Below, one piece after another: positions 44,300 to 57,700 of a stretch of 64,000 nucleotides of DNA. The stretch is taken from assembly GCA_030141605.1 (NCBI GenBank), contig JAQGDQ010000191.1, forward strand, positions 1-64,000. Reading direction: 5' to 3'. The notes beneath the pieces are model-generated. The model did no database searches, was not told the origin of the DNA, and saw nothing but the letters and a program-made list of their open reading frames with translations. Made by a program: the position numbers and the translations under genes. This DNA is from Tubiluchus corallicola. Its lineage: Eukaryota; Animalia; Priapulida. How positions within the stretch are numbered: position 1 is the first letter of the stretch; each line of letters starts with the position of its first letter.

Positions 44300-45679
44300 G
44301 GTTCGCTTTAATTAACTAACGCTCGATTGCGGGAGCGGTGCTCGAAAGCTTGAGGGAAGTAGACCTTCACTCACAACGCAAAGGTCAAGGTGAAGTCTTG
44401 AGAGTTAAGATCATTGCTCGATAGACTAATAGCTAAAGCCCTCGGAGCCAGGTGAAGAAATCGCCTTGCAGCAAATAGATAATAAAGCGAACTGATTAAA
44501 TTAAAATACAATCTATATAATATATAGATATACATCACTTTGCACTATATGATCGAGATAAACGGAAAACGATAAGTACTAAAAAGGGAAAGTGATAATT
44601 TCAAGAAATGGGGGATACTTGCAGGTAATGTGGAACAGTTGGCAGGGTAACATCGGACGTAATTAACAACTTTGTGGAAATGGCATATAAATTCTCTTAA
44701 GTGGTTTGTAATGTCGAGATTGGTCAGTGACGACATGAAAGAAATGTTGCAGAATAGAATAAGAATAGGTAAACGTCAATGTCCTCACAAACATTTTCTC
44801 CGTGTTGTTTATTTGTGAATAATATGCATTGATGGCAGATTGCGTTTAATCACAGCTCCGCTGCTGAAGTTTTTCTCTCATATTCTGTAAGTTTTTTATT
44901 TTGTAACATTTTTATGAGCTGTTCCGATAACGGTTATCTCCAAAAGTTTCTAAAATTATTTAAACCATATAAATTTTACATTGTGGGCTCAAATGACCAA
45001 AAAGTCAATGTTTTTTATCTACACAAACTACTAATTCCGGCGAAAAGTCAGACACAAAAATTCATTTGTCCGGTATTAGCATAGGCCTTCGGGTAAAGTC
45101 GGACACTATGAGTTGTATAATAAATAATAATAATAACTACGATGCTTTATAAAGTATGGCATGAACTAGTTAAGAAGTAACTTACAAAGTAAACCATTTC
45201 TGAAGAAGCTGCTATAAATAATTAATGCTTTAGGTCTGCTAATCAGCAAATTAAAAGTTAATACAATTAAGGATAAACGTGCCCACTGAGCGAGTTTGTA
45301 TGTTCATGACTATACGACTGCTAGAAGACAAAGTGCTAGGCAATGGTGAAAATGCCTGTCTAAAGATGTGATGTGGCGCTATTAACAATGAAAGGGAAAA
45401 ACAACTTGCAGGTAATTTAATGGGTTTTAGGAAAACGTAAGCTCATCCGACATTAGGCTATGTCCAGTGTTAGTCCATTTTACCCTGTGTACACCAATAT
45501 CGAGTACTTGGCTTCAGTGTAAATTAGCCATTAATAACAGTAGAATTAACTAGTTTGTTACTGCTGGGGTGACCGACTAAAGTTGCAATAATTTTTGTAC
45601 AGTTGGTTTAATCTGTTTGAAACTTGTATGTGCTACTGAAGAAAGAAATAGTACCTGAGTGGTCACGGATTATGCTTGG

Positions 45680-45735
45680 CAACCGAAGTTAAGCAATGTC
45701 TGACCTGGCAAATGATGTTAACGGATAACCGTTTA
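45680..45735 (+). other. Degenerate 5S rRNA-derived fragment (SINE3 head or pseudogene)
   Basis: CCGAAGTTAAGCAATGTCTGACCTGG resembles the 5S box A region; the flanks are decayed. Confidence 0.35.
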
Positions 45736-47054
45736 GGAATCACTCTTGGGCAGTTTCTTCCGAATTCTGTCGAATTATTCCGTACGTATCTCGATGTTTA
45801 GGGTGGATGCATCCGAATATCAGTCTGTGACTGCGACATCTCTGCCAATTTGGCGTTTCATCTCAGAGGATTATATTGATAATGAACTAAGATCTGCTGC
45901 CATGAAGTAGGGCTAGTAGGCCCCTTAGTAAACTTGCTCAAACCAGATATTACTAGAGCCGTGGTTTCATTCTGTTCACGGTTGTGAGCTCTCGACGTAA
46001 AGGTTAAACATTCATCTAGAATGAAAGAGATGGTAGAGAGATTTCTCATGAAGCCTTTAGCTGCTGCTAAATCTCTTTTCAAAGGTGTATTAAAGTGCCT
46101 TTTTACAGATGTCGAGATTCGAGATGCTTTGTTGACTAAATTGAATTGTTGTGTTATTTGCAACTAGAAAATATAATTTGCTTGCTGAGCCAAATAAATC
46201 TCTGGGGTCACGGGCGTATGCAAAATTCCTGATGATGTTTGTCTCTGTTGCCACACCCTGTTTTGCATAGCTGTGTTTGACATTATTGTTTGAATTTTTA
46301 GTCTTGAAATGGGCTCCCTTGTCTTGTTCATGTGTCAGACGAACCTGTAATTTTGTTCAATGAGCTGACTGAATGATATGCAGAGAGTCATCAGGTATTC
46401 ATTGATGACTGCATGGATGTGTGTATCAACCAATGGTCAAAAGCGGTGCTGTGTTTCCTCAAGTTTTTTTTGTCTTGAGGGACGGATGTCACACAGGGTA
46501 GAGGTGTTGATCTTGAATCAAGCTCTATGGACGAAATTGCTGTTGTTTAAGAATGTTGTTTAGGTCGAGAAATATTCTCGCATTCCATAATCTGAAGATC
46601 AGTTTTAAAGTTTGCAATTTCTTGGAGGTTTGACCGCATAAAAGGATGACCCAGGGTTGCGGTTAGTCAGCCAGGCTGTAAGTTGTCACTTTTGATGTCT
46701 TAAGCTATCTTCATTCGAGATGGCAGTAGTATTCCTAAATAGGGCTGCCTAATGCCCTGCCACATGTTAGGGATTCATAAGTAGTCACCTGTGTGTATTG
46801 GGAAAGTGACTGCAGGACACCTGCCACCAACATGCAGGTCGGGACTAAGAGCTTCTGTCATTCTTAACCCTTTGCTGTGGGACTTTGTCAAACTTGCTTG
46901 ATTTAGAGGAGGCGTTAGCAGGAAGTAATACAGGTGTGTTGGATTTGTTTAGAGGTGGATCTTAGCTTTTCAAGAAGTGCACTATGATTTAAACTAAGAC
47001 ACATGTGGAATGAGACATTCTGGATTGAGTGGTGAAAACAAAATCATCAGGAGT

Positions 47055-47270
47055 CAAACGGCCGATTTATTATGTTGATTGTTGTGTCGCATGAACAGTT
47101 TCAGGTGATTTCCTAAGATGACTCTTGAAGGCGAGACGCTCGGCTCAACCGGCAGAGGTGCTTTAGATATGTAAGAAGGAAAGTTGTTCGCATAGTGAGA
47201 GAAAGAGTAGGCACTATGGCAGATGAAATTGCTTAGAAGCATCTCTCTTCTGCCAATGGCAGTCACTCAT
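47055..47270 (-). mobile_element. Decayed LINE 3'-end relic
   Basis: Minus-strand SFSHYANNFPS...EPSVS loosely resembles LINE ORF2 C-termini, followed by AATAAA. Confidence 0.3.
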
Positions 47271-49383
47271 TCATTTAGTAAAAATGCGCAGTATTGCTTA
47301 ACTCTGGTTGCTAGGCACATATCATGATTCCTTAGCTACATCATTCGCCAAAAATACTACATTAGGCACTTTTCAATAATTTCTTTCCAAATTATTCAAA
47401 ATGTTGTGTCAGATACAACTGTATAAATAAGTTGTGGTAAAACTTGTGCTGTACTCCTAGACCATGAAAACGTGGGTGGCCGTTACAATTCATTATGACG
47501 CGTTTCATTGGGTGATTGGTATCACAAATCTATTCACTTATGCCAAAACCTATGTAACAAAACGTATGTGCTGTAGTCCAAAACCATGAAAACGTGAATT
47601 TGGTAATCAATTTCAGCGCACTTCGGTTCTTGACTCCAGAGTTGTTGGGAAAAAACATTTTTCTGTAATTGAGAACCGTTACAGTTCATTATGACCTGTT
47701 TCATTGGTTGGTTGATATTACAAATTTGTTCACTCTATATACTGAACTTGAAAATATAAATTCGGCCATCAATTTTTGCATATGCATTCGTATGGTGGTT
47801 TTTGTATTTCTTTTGCATAATTGTCATGCGTAAAATTCTTTTATTGACAGCATTCATTAGCTATTATGTGCTAATCATTATTTTAGTACGTGTACTCGGC
47901 TGTAATAATCTTATCTTGTGTTGTGTGTTGCTTGAATACATGATATATAATGCTGAAACAAATAAATTTATTATTGTTACTACGCGTATTATATTATTAT
48001 TCAGCCTTAACTGGATAATGATATAAACATTGGTTTTCTTGCAATTTATCCCCGGTGAAGCCTAAAAGTCCCAGTACTACGAAATTTTTCCTGGTTTATA
48101 TCTTGACGGCTGACAGCTTAATTAGTTTAAATTGCGTAAAGTTGCTTAAGAAGAACTACAAATGTAAGATAATACTTATAAAGTTGCAAATGAATAGGCC
48201 TAATTTTCAGTGTACCAATTTACAATAGGATTTCTCTCTTTAGGGCATGCGCACAAACTACAGTGCTACATATGGCTGCAGTATGGTGTATGAAAGTGTG
48301 TTTACGACTATCTATTCAGTATATATGCAAGTATTCGATACTTGTCTAATTAATAACAAGTAGCCAGTAATAGCCGTTCAAGCGGTTCACGCTTACAAAC
48401 GAGAAAGAGTTGTGAACGTTTGTGATCGGTGCCTCCTTGCGATCGTAGCCTGATGGCTTCACTATTGCTTGCGCTATTACGGAAGCTTGGCTTGTAACTA
48501 AAGTTCTAAGGCTATAATTGTGTTTAAGATAAAACAGCTACCGGTGCTCTTAGTGTTATTCAAAGTGTCGCTTTTGTCATTATGCATTTGAGTTGACAAT
48601 CATTGTTTTAAGTTGTTTATAGTGCAAGAATTAATTAACGTAAGACACTTTGTAGAGGACGCCATTTTTACTCGTTTACGAGGGGTAAGAATTAACAGTT
48701 CGTATTTGTTTTTCTAATGTAAGCAACTGTCTATGAAAAAAGTATCAATACCTCAAGGTTTTTTCGGAACATTTGATTTCTACTACGACAATTAAATATA
48801 CGACGCGCCATTTTTAAATTGCATACCCGCCAGTGGAGTTTGTGTTGGTAATAAAACTATAACAAAGGAGTATGATGTTTTATTTTCACTGCATTCTACG
48901 CTGATTCTTGCATGGAATTCCTCTATTCGGCTTCTGTGTCACGTTTCACGCCGATATAATAATAATTGTTAAGATCAATTTCACACTTTAGCGCCGTCTG
49001 AACTACAGCACGCTGGGGCTTTCATCTAACTTGTCACATTTGCTAAAACCATGAAAGCATTTTTGTCCGACGTACAGCCTGCAACGATGACGAGTTAATA
49101 ATGACTAACCTTTCAATGAATTAGTAATTATCTGGGAACGGCTGGATATTTAGGCATGGAGCGTTGGAAGATAAGTGCATGTGTCAAAATTGCAACGAGA
49201 ATCACTTGTGATTAACGAGGGGAACTGACACTCGACCCAGAAGCACGACAGAGTGTTCTAATTACAGACCGACACAATAATTAAGTTGCACAGACTCACT
49301 TTTGGTATAGACTCCTGCTGGAACAATACAAGACTATTTTTGCTTTCCTTACATAGTCTTGGGGTAATTTATCAGTCGCCATC

Positions 49384-49876
49384 ATGGATAAGATGCAATT
49401 TAATTTCAAGAAGGTGGGTACAGGTAAAAAGTATTGGTGTGGTCGCGAATGTGGATGCACATGTACCTACGTTCGTGGTTGCTACAGGTGTGAGGTAGAC
49501 AAAGAAAAATGCAAGAGCTACATGATTCGATTCATAGCGGCCTTATTTAGCCAAGTCGGCCTTTGTGGGACGGTGGTCGGTTACACCATTGCTGGAGCTC
49601 TCATTTTCGAAGCCATTGAAGGACCCTTTGAGATCCAACAGAAACGGGAAGTGCAAGAGGCCCGTGAACAGTTGGTGCAGGATCTCTGGGGAGTCACTTT
49701 GGACTTGAACATTTTCTACCCTGCGAACTGGAGCAGTTCTGTAGAGGAGAACCTTATTGCCTTTGAACAGACGGTGCTGATTGCCATGAGAGAGGGATAC
49801 GATGGAAAAGACGAGGATTACCAATGGAGTTTTTCTGGTGCTCTGCTTTTTGCCATAACTGTTATAACAACCATAG
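49384..49876 (+). CDS. Two-pore domain K+ channel (K2P/KCNK, TWiK-like), first coding exon: M1, cap and pore helix 1
   Basis: VGYTIAGALIFEAIEG (M1) and WSFSGALLFAITVITTIG (P1), interrupted by a donor AG|GTAAGT inside the TIGYG filter. I found no continuation exon in the remaining 14 kb. Confidence 0.9.
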
Positions 49877-51155
49877 GTAAGTATTCGTTTCAGAGAAAAT
49901 TGATAATGTCATAAGAGATGATGTTATTTATAACATATGTCGTTTTTTGTAATGGTATAATTAAAAATCGATATGTTCTAAATATCCAGTTTTAAATGTG
50001 TTCAGGTTTTTCTGTTAAAATGCTATATTTAATACATAACCTATTCCAGTGCGCCCAAGTTACCTACATGATAAAATTGCTTCAGCATCCAAAAGAGACT
50101 GTGCCAAGTGTGCGTGAAATAAACTGCAACAAGTTTTTTGGTTGTTCCCATAACGCTCTAACAGTATACCTTCTAAAAGAATATTTTCGTTTAGAAAAGT
50201 TTTTTTAAGTATCATGCGAGGTATATATAGAAAGAAACAATTGTTGTTGTAAGTGCTTGTAAAACTTTATGGAGCAATTTGTAAAAAAAATAAGACGTAA
50301 CAGTTTAGTCAACGTTATACTACAATATGGTTTCGTGTGGCTGTGAGAGCAATTAGTTTAGGTTTTGCTCAATTTGATAACGTTTGCATGAAACCTATCT
50401 AACATTGATAGATTACAGTCTGTGCTGACGACGGTTTTCATAAATTTACTTAAGGCAAGCTGAACAACAAAATTAACATTTTTGACTTCAGGAGTTGTCA
50501 GAAATAGTTTTCTGACGAACACAATAGTAACCCTGATGTACCCTGACCCAAGGACCCTGATGTATTTCAGATCTTTCTTGAAACAGCGTGACGCTTTGCA
50601 GATCACCTAGGGCTAGGAAAGCTAATAAAATTTTGCTGAACAAATTTATTTCTCACATAAAATAGATTTAGAACTTGTACAAATCACTCACGCTCTCACA
50701 ACCGTAAACCATCAAGCAGATGATTACGGAAAAAACGGATTAAAACCTCGAACAAACTGCAAAATGGTGTCTTAACACAATATGTATCTATAGATGACAC
50801 TGAAGAGTTTTCAGGTTCACAGCGTGCGCTGTTAACAACCCTTTCTTGAATCAGTGCAGTAACTTGCAAAGATCGTCCCTGCTGCGTGCCTTCTGATCGT
50901 ATTAAGTTGCTTAATATTAATCTGACAAATAACCTGGCAAACAAGATAATTGTTATTTATGGGAATTCTCATATCTTAATTCCTTTAATATATGATTTTC
51001 GGGGCTAGGGCTTTAACGACTTCAACATTCTGGACAATTCATGCACCGTGCTAGCGTTTCTATCTGATGTCTTATTACAAAGGGTTTAACTGAGCCGAGT
51101 CTCGTATAGGAATATAATACTATTATGGAACACTATTATAAATAAAACATTCAAA

Positions 51156-51720
51156 TACAGAGTGTATTAGAAGTCGCTATACACTTCAGATTTTCTATAA
51201 ACAAAGCAAAATATTTGAAAATAAATACAAGTGAACAAAAATCTTTGGCAATTTCTTTGGTCATATTAGGCAAAAACTTGAAGAAAATTACTTTAGTGGG
51301 CTTCGCTATTTTCACTACATTTTTAAAGCAGTTCTGTTAATAATGATTATCACATGTATTTCCAACGCCATCTCAAGTTAAATGTTTGCTCAGCAATCTC
51401 TAATTGTTATTTCGAGTTCATGAAGATGTCTTGGTCTTTTTGCATAAATTTTTGCCTGATATAATCTTGCAAGAATTGTAACATGTCAAGTCTGCCCAAG
51501 GTGCAGTCGAAGGAGCCTTAGGAGCCAATCTAATGGAAGTCAGGTATTTTGCATTGAGAAAGTCTCTCATAGTTCACGAAAAGTGAGGAAGGCTTCACCT
51601 TATTCAAAAACTACATTGTCGATAGAAAGAAAATAGTGTTGTTCTTATGGAGCTCTGAATTTCTGCTAACTTCACATGGTGATCAGATGGTCTCTTGTCA
51701 GGCAGAGATTTTGCACCTCA
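51156..51720 (-). mobile_element. Possible decayed Tc1/mariner relic
   Basis: TA|CAGAGTGT-type end at 51156 and faint minus-strand WIG/PDLT-like remnants near 51480-51545; no partner TIR found. Confidence 0.25.
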
Positions 51721-54700
51721 TTTCCAGCGTACTGTCGCCCCCTTAGCAATGAGTTCCAGGCAAAATATAAATAAAAATAGTTGCCCCTGTTTGATTCCTG
51801 CTTGCCGAGGTTGGAGAAAAATTTTAAAAGAAAATTAGAGAGAGAGAGGTAATAGAGATTTTTGCGACATCAAATGCTTTGTGTTGCTGATAACAGGTTG
51901 CCAAACTTCAAGCATAAAAAAGTACTCTGAGACTCAAAAGTTTTACCGAGTGCAGCTAAGAATGGGTTAACACATACGTACAAATAATTGTTTAAAGACC
52001 TTTAAAAACTTAAAAGACGAATTAGGTAATTTATATCAGGTCGACAACTTTGTGCGTGCATTGTATGAAATTCAAAAGAAAGACATAATTATAAAAAACG
52101 AAAAGTGAAAAACGACGTCAGTGAGTCTGGACTTTAACAAAAAACCTTTCGGAGGGCAGCGATATTCCGGTCATAATCTGCTTAGCTGCTCTTGTATCCT
52201 AAAGGTCCCTAGTATGACGGACATTATGCTCAGTCTGCACTCATTTGTAATCATGGGCATTAAAATTACATGAAATTATGGTGAAGCCATGACCGAATTC
52301 ATCCTCTTGCATTCCAGGGATTCCAAAATTTGCGCTCATGGATGACAAAAAATTGCAATCACTCACTGTTCGATTTCATTTTGTTCCAATGTTAGAGATT
52401 CGATAAGTCCCAGTCTTGCTCAGACAGAAAAAAAGTTCCCGTAAAAGAATGCGCGTACACGTTACAACTGTTCTGCTTTTGCGAGTGGTGTTACTGATGG
52501 GAAGGAAACCCAGGATGTGACGTGGAAATTTAATTAAAATTGATCAGACTAAGGAAATTTTAGTCAGTAAACATCGCAGGCTTTATTGGCCGTTAAATCA
52601 ACTTCCATTAAAAGTCTGGCTGAGCCTCCATTGGAGATCAGTGACTTCATTTTACGCATGAATGCATGATAATGATTTTTGTCTGTTCATTTGCTTTGTA
52701 CTAATAATTATTTCAAAAAAAGGTCGATATTATACTAACAATGCTGAATAATTAAAGGTCTGATTCACTATCTCCACAGGGTAAACATACGGAACTCGCT
52801 TGGTAGACACCTGGGGTAGGAGAATTGGAAGTGGCGTGGAGAACAGTGACCTTTTCAAAGGATAAGGACACTGGACATCAGGTCAAAACCCGGTCGCGGC
52901 GTTACGCTCGCAGATCTGGATCTGAATTTATTCAGTCTTGTTCTTATACGAAAGCCCGGTAAAAACGCAAAAAGTTCACTTTTTTACGAAAAATACCTCC
53001 TCGTCGAGTTGAACGAAAAGTAATTTAATCCCAGTTCCTCTTGGCAAAATATGCAAAACTGTAAAACAATTTTTTTGACCATAGAGCTAATTTCAAATAT
53101 CTCGTTCCACATATCAAAGAACATTTCCTCAGTGTGTATTACATTGACATTATTTCCAACACGAAACATGAAAAAAAGTTTAATTTTGTATACACATGAC
53201 AAGGTTGCATTGCCATGCATTGTCTAGGTGCTGAAGGGCACACCACTACACAGTAACAATTTCTAGCCTCACTGAAGCCTCAGAAAGAATTTTACGTGTT
53301 AACCTATTACTTTCAAATAATTTCCAAAAGACTTATTTTTCTACCTGTAAATGTATTAATCACGTCTTTTGTATTTTCCTTTTACACTTGTACCCTCGTT
53401 AGATTACTAGAGTTGCCATTAGCTGTTTCAAACGCTTGATGAAGCCAGTCTCTCAGGTGTCAGTCTTCACGCAAGAGTCATGTTGTCTCAAATAAAGTGC
53501 CTTAATGAGGATTTGCCTTAACCGAATGCAGGATAAATGTTGCTTTTGCTAGTTTAGGATCTAGACTAGAGTAAAATAACCTTTAGATTTTCTGGACACA
53601 ATGCTTGAACTTTGTATAATTGTTGAATGACTTTGGGAGCAGACAAAATCCAGTGTCCCCGCGGCTCTTGAGTGCTTTAAAAGCAAGACCTTTAGAAACG
53701 AAACTGTCACTTGATGTACTTTCGTTAATCATAGCCTTGCTTTTAACTGCTTTGGTAGTGAGCGCATTTTTACGATTGTAAAGCACTTCGAGAGTTTTAA
53801 AAGCAGTTTGACTCTGACATTTTGTGAGTTAAATGTTGGTTGGGCTGATTGTCTATGGCAAGCACTGTTTTGTGAGTAGTAAGTTGTTCGTTTTTTAAGA
53901 TCATGTGCCAAAAAGATTTGTGCTGCCAGAACGACTTCCCCTTATTTGCCTCTCTGAATCTTGTGATGAAGGCTTTTTAATGCGTGTGACAATAACATCT
54001 TAATTCGCATTTACAGGCTAACACACAGGAGTAAAGGCTAACACACGCACACGGCGGCATAACGGAAAAATCAGATAATGTAATGAAACGGACTTTAATA
54101 TTTAACTCCGCGCCAAGCCGCAGTCCAGCGCTCAGTGGCAAGTCTTACTTAATGTAGTTCATAGTGGCAGTACTGGAATCAGTCTATCAAGGGTACGATG
54201 AGGCGTGAAACAGATAGAGATGTCATAGGATAACGAATGGCATATACTTTACATCCTCTCATAACGAGATAATAACCACTGGCACTACTAGAATGAAACT
54301 GCTAAGCATTGTAGTGAAACGTTGAAACCAATAGCAGGGAAAGGTCAGATAGCAGATGACAGAGTGATGATGCCGGTGGGTGTTTTGAGCTGGTTCAATT
54401 TCATTTTTCGTTTTACATGAAACAATTATTAGACGTCCGATCTCGATTGAATGTCAAATATGTACAACCTTGCTGTAATCAGTAGAATTGAATAGGATAA
54501 TTCTATGCTATTATTAATATTGAAAATCGTTACAAATCAAAAAATTTTGCCAAACTGTGGACTTTTCTCATTTTGTAAAAAGTTAAAAATTGAAACTAAA
54601 TTAAAAATTGAAGAGTCGAAATAGCATTTTCATGTTTATTAGCAACGTCAACCATAACGTTAGTACCCACGATTTCACGATCTGTACTTTTTTGTGCATG

Positions 54701-57700
54701 CAATAAGAAGTGTCAAAGTTATGCGTTTGTCCACGTAGTATTTTAACGGTACTCAATCAACCACCTTTGGACTATACAGAACAAAATTCGAAATACGCTA
54801 TATAAAATTATCAAATGCTTATTGAGCCAAAGTGCATGACGAACATAACTGAGTAAAATTCACTCAAAAACAACAAAGAGAGACATAAAAGTACATGGGC
54901 ACAAACGGGACCAACTAATTAGTGCACACTCCGTAAATTATGGTAGCGTAATGGCTCAAACGTAGAGGTCTTAGATTTACATTTATATCACAGTAAAGCT
55001 ACAAAAAAGCAACACACAACAGCGTATAAAGCCACATTATTCCTAGATCATACCATATATTAATGATACCGCATGACCTTAGTTTTACGTTATTAATGAA
55101 TCGCGTGTATCTCTAATCATAAATGTGCCATATATGAACTTAGTTACTACGGCAATTATTTCTGTATCATCTATGGCTTGTGCTATTTATAAAAATAAAC
55201 TGATCCGCTTGGTAAATGTCGGAAAGTGAAGATTACAAGTCAGAAATCTCAAAAAATAACTGTTATTAACGCAGTTTATATGCAGTTCATCTTACACTAA
55301 AGTAAAATTCATCCTCTAGGCCTCCCTCGATTATATTATTGCATATTATTATGTTATATTATATAATATAACCTACATTATTGTTTTAGGTTATATTTTA
55401 TTAATATACGTGTAATATAAGAATATACTGTATTACAATTTGTAACCTAAATTATTGCAGTGTATGGTTATTGACACTAGGGGTCTACGTATACATAGTT
55501 TAGAAACTTGTATTTTGGTTCTGTGTCTTTTCTGTTAGCGGCAATGTTTTTACTGAAGACTTATAAACCTCGAAAATGTTTGAGTCCCACGAACATAAAT
55601 ATTGTCTCCAATGTAATAAGTGCTATAAAGGGGGCAGACACTATTCCCCGTTGGATCATAATCAGACAAGTAAGATGGCGTGTAATATTTTGTACATCTG
55701 CTTACAGCTGCCAAGACATTAAGCTTGATTAATATAGCCATTAAATCACCAAGAAGATTTCCTTGGAGGTTACACGTACACGAGAAAGGTGTTCTGAAAA
55801 AGAGAAAGAAGAAAATTGCAGAGACAATTCTTTCAAACATCTGAAGAAAAAAATACTGACGTTTCTGTCTGCTGCAGCAGCGTTGGATATGTATAAAGAA
55901 AAATGCACTATGTCTACATAAGTTTTTTAAATAGCTTTTGGAAAAACTGGAGTAAAATAAGTATTAGCGGTGCCAGTCAGCTAATTAACTAATTAATTAA
56001 CTGAGGCTAGAAAACTATTAACAATTTGCCATTTTTCTTCCTGTTCCTAAGGTTTATAATAACTACTCTACTCTATTCGTCGTTATATACAAAATTATGT
56101 AGCCACAGCAAATGGCATTTTAATACTTTAATTGTAACCTGCTCAGATTTTAGTTTGTCTTTTCTCAGTAACATCATTGCATCTTATACAGCTCCATGAT
56201 ACACTTAAATCAATCTTTCCATTCATGGTAATTATACTTTAATTGGGTCATCTTAATTACTAATGATTGTGGTTAAACTATCCTGATTTCATTTGCTACA
56301 CACGCGACTTGAAACATAGGCCGAAAACTGTTCCTATACGTCTGACGTATGTCTGAAATCGATCAGTTCGTGAAGCAAGTAAACAATATTCTCTTTAATA
56401 TGCGCGCTATTGTGTGCCTTAAACCACTTCGTGGATTGACTTCAGTGTCCATTATTATTTGCACATCACTTCAAAATGCGCCAGTAAGATTTTTATATTT
56501 TGGTCACGGATTCATGAAAATAAACGAATCTATCAATACAACAGGGATACTTTTCGGTTTTCTGATTTTTATGTATTGATAATCTACTTGTGTAAATTGC
56601 ACTTTAAAAATCCGCACGTCTTAACTCTTTTTAGGAGTCAAAACTGAAGCCATTAACATGTATAATTGTGATATAAGAAGAGCGAAATTGCTCGTTTCAC
56701 CCTGCTCGGCCATCTTTGCAAAAGTATCAAAATGCAAAAGTTCTCCCTAACATAAACTAAGGGCCTGTTGGGATCCTACTAGAGTGTAACAACGCACGAC
56801 CCTACATTTGCGCCCCATTGCGGGCCAGCGTTCTTCCTGTGTAACCTATTACAGGTTTTAACTCATAGTAATGGTTTTAACTCAATTTGAGTTTATAAAC
56901 TCAGACATCTTTTTGCTGGTAATCACTGCTTCAGCTTGAAGTGAATTGCTTAGTATTCTGCAAGAAATACGAGTTCTTTTTAGATCCTTTTGTATTGTGC
57001 TGTGCGAAGCGTGAAGCCAACCAACCTTCCTTTGACCTTGTACGCTTGGTGATTATGTCATGTTTTGATGGTAATGAAATTCGCATTTATTTTCCTATAG
57101 CATTACACCGACAAGGCTTATTACATTCATCAATAGTTAATATCATTGCATATGAAGCAATTATTATAAATTAATGTCCATATTGCGTGGCGGAAAAAGG
57201 CGATCTGTATAGTGATTTGATTTGGTTTTGGTGGCAAGACTGGTAAAAGGGAGGGGAGCTTACACACTGCACAGGTATACTTAATGGAGAATTTTTTAGG
57301 CGAGTTATAGTTTAGACTACTGAAAATTGAAAGTTGCATTAGTTTGGCTGATACATTTGTGCTTTTAAAAGTGTCAGTACCCTATTGTTGACAAATATGT
57401 AACAAACTAGTTTTTTTATCCTTTTCAGCGCCATCCACAGAAACGTTTTTAGTGATTTTTCTCAATGACAGTCGTATAACATCAGAATTGTAAATTGGGT
57501 AAACGTATCAGACCATAGCAATATGTTATTATCTTCGGCTATGTTGGTTGATTCTGTGAAGTTTTGATTTCTGCAAGCTGTATTTTTTATAACTGCGAAT
57601 TCTCCAAATGCATTGCACAGAAACATTCTACTGATTTCCCGATACAATAAACTCAAAGGCATCCGCAAGGTTATCAATTGTTAACTAAGCCTGGCCTCTT

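Noticed and set aside
45850-47000. Possible decayed retroelement coding sequence
   Set aside because: It looks coding-derived, but I could not recover a diagnostic RT or endonuclease motif.
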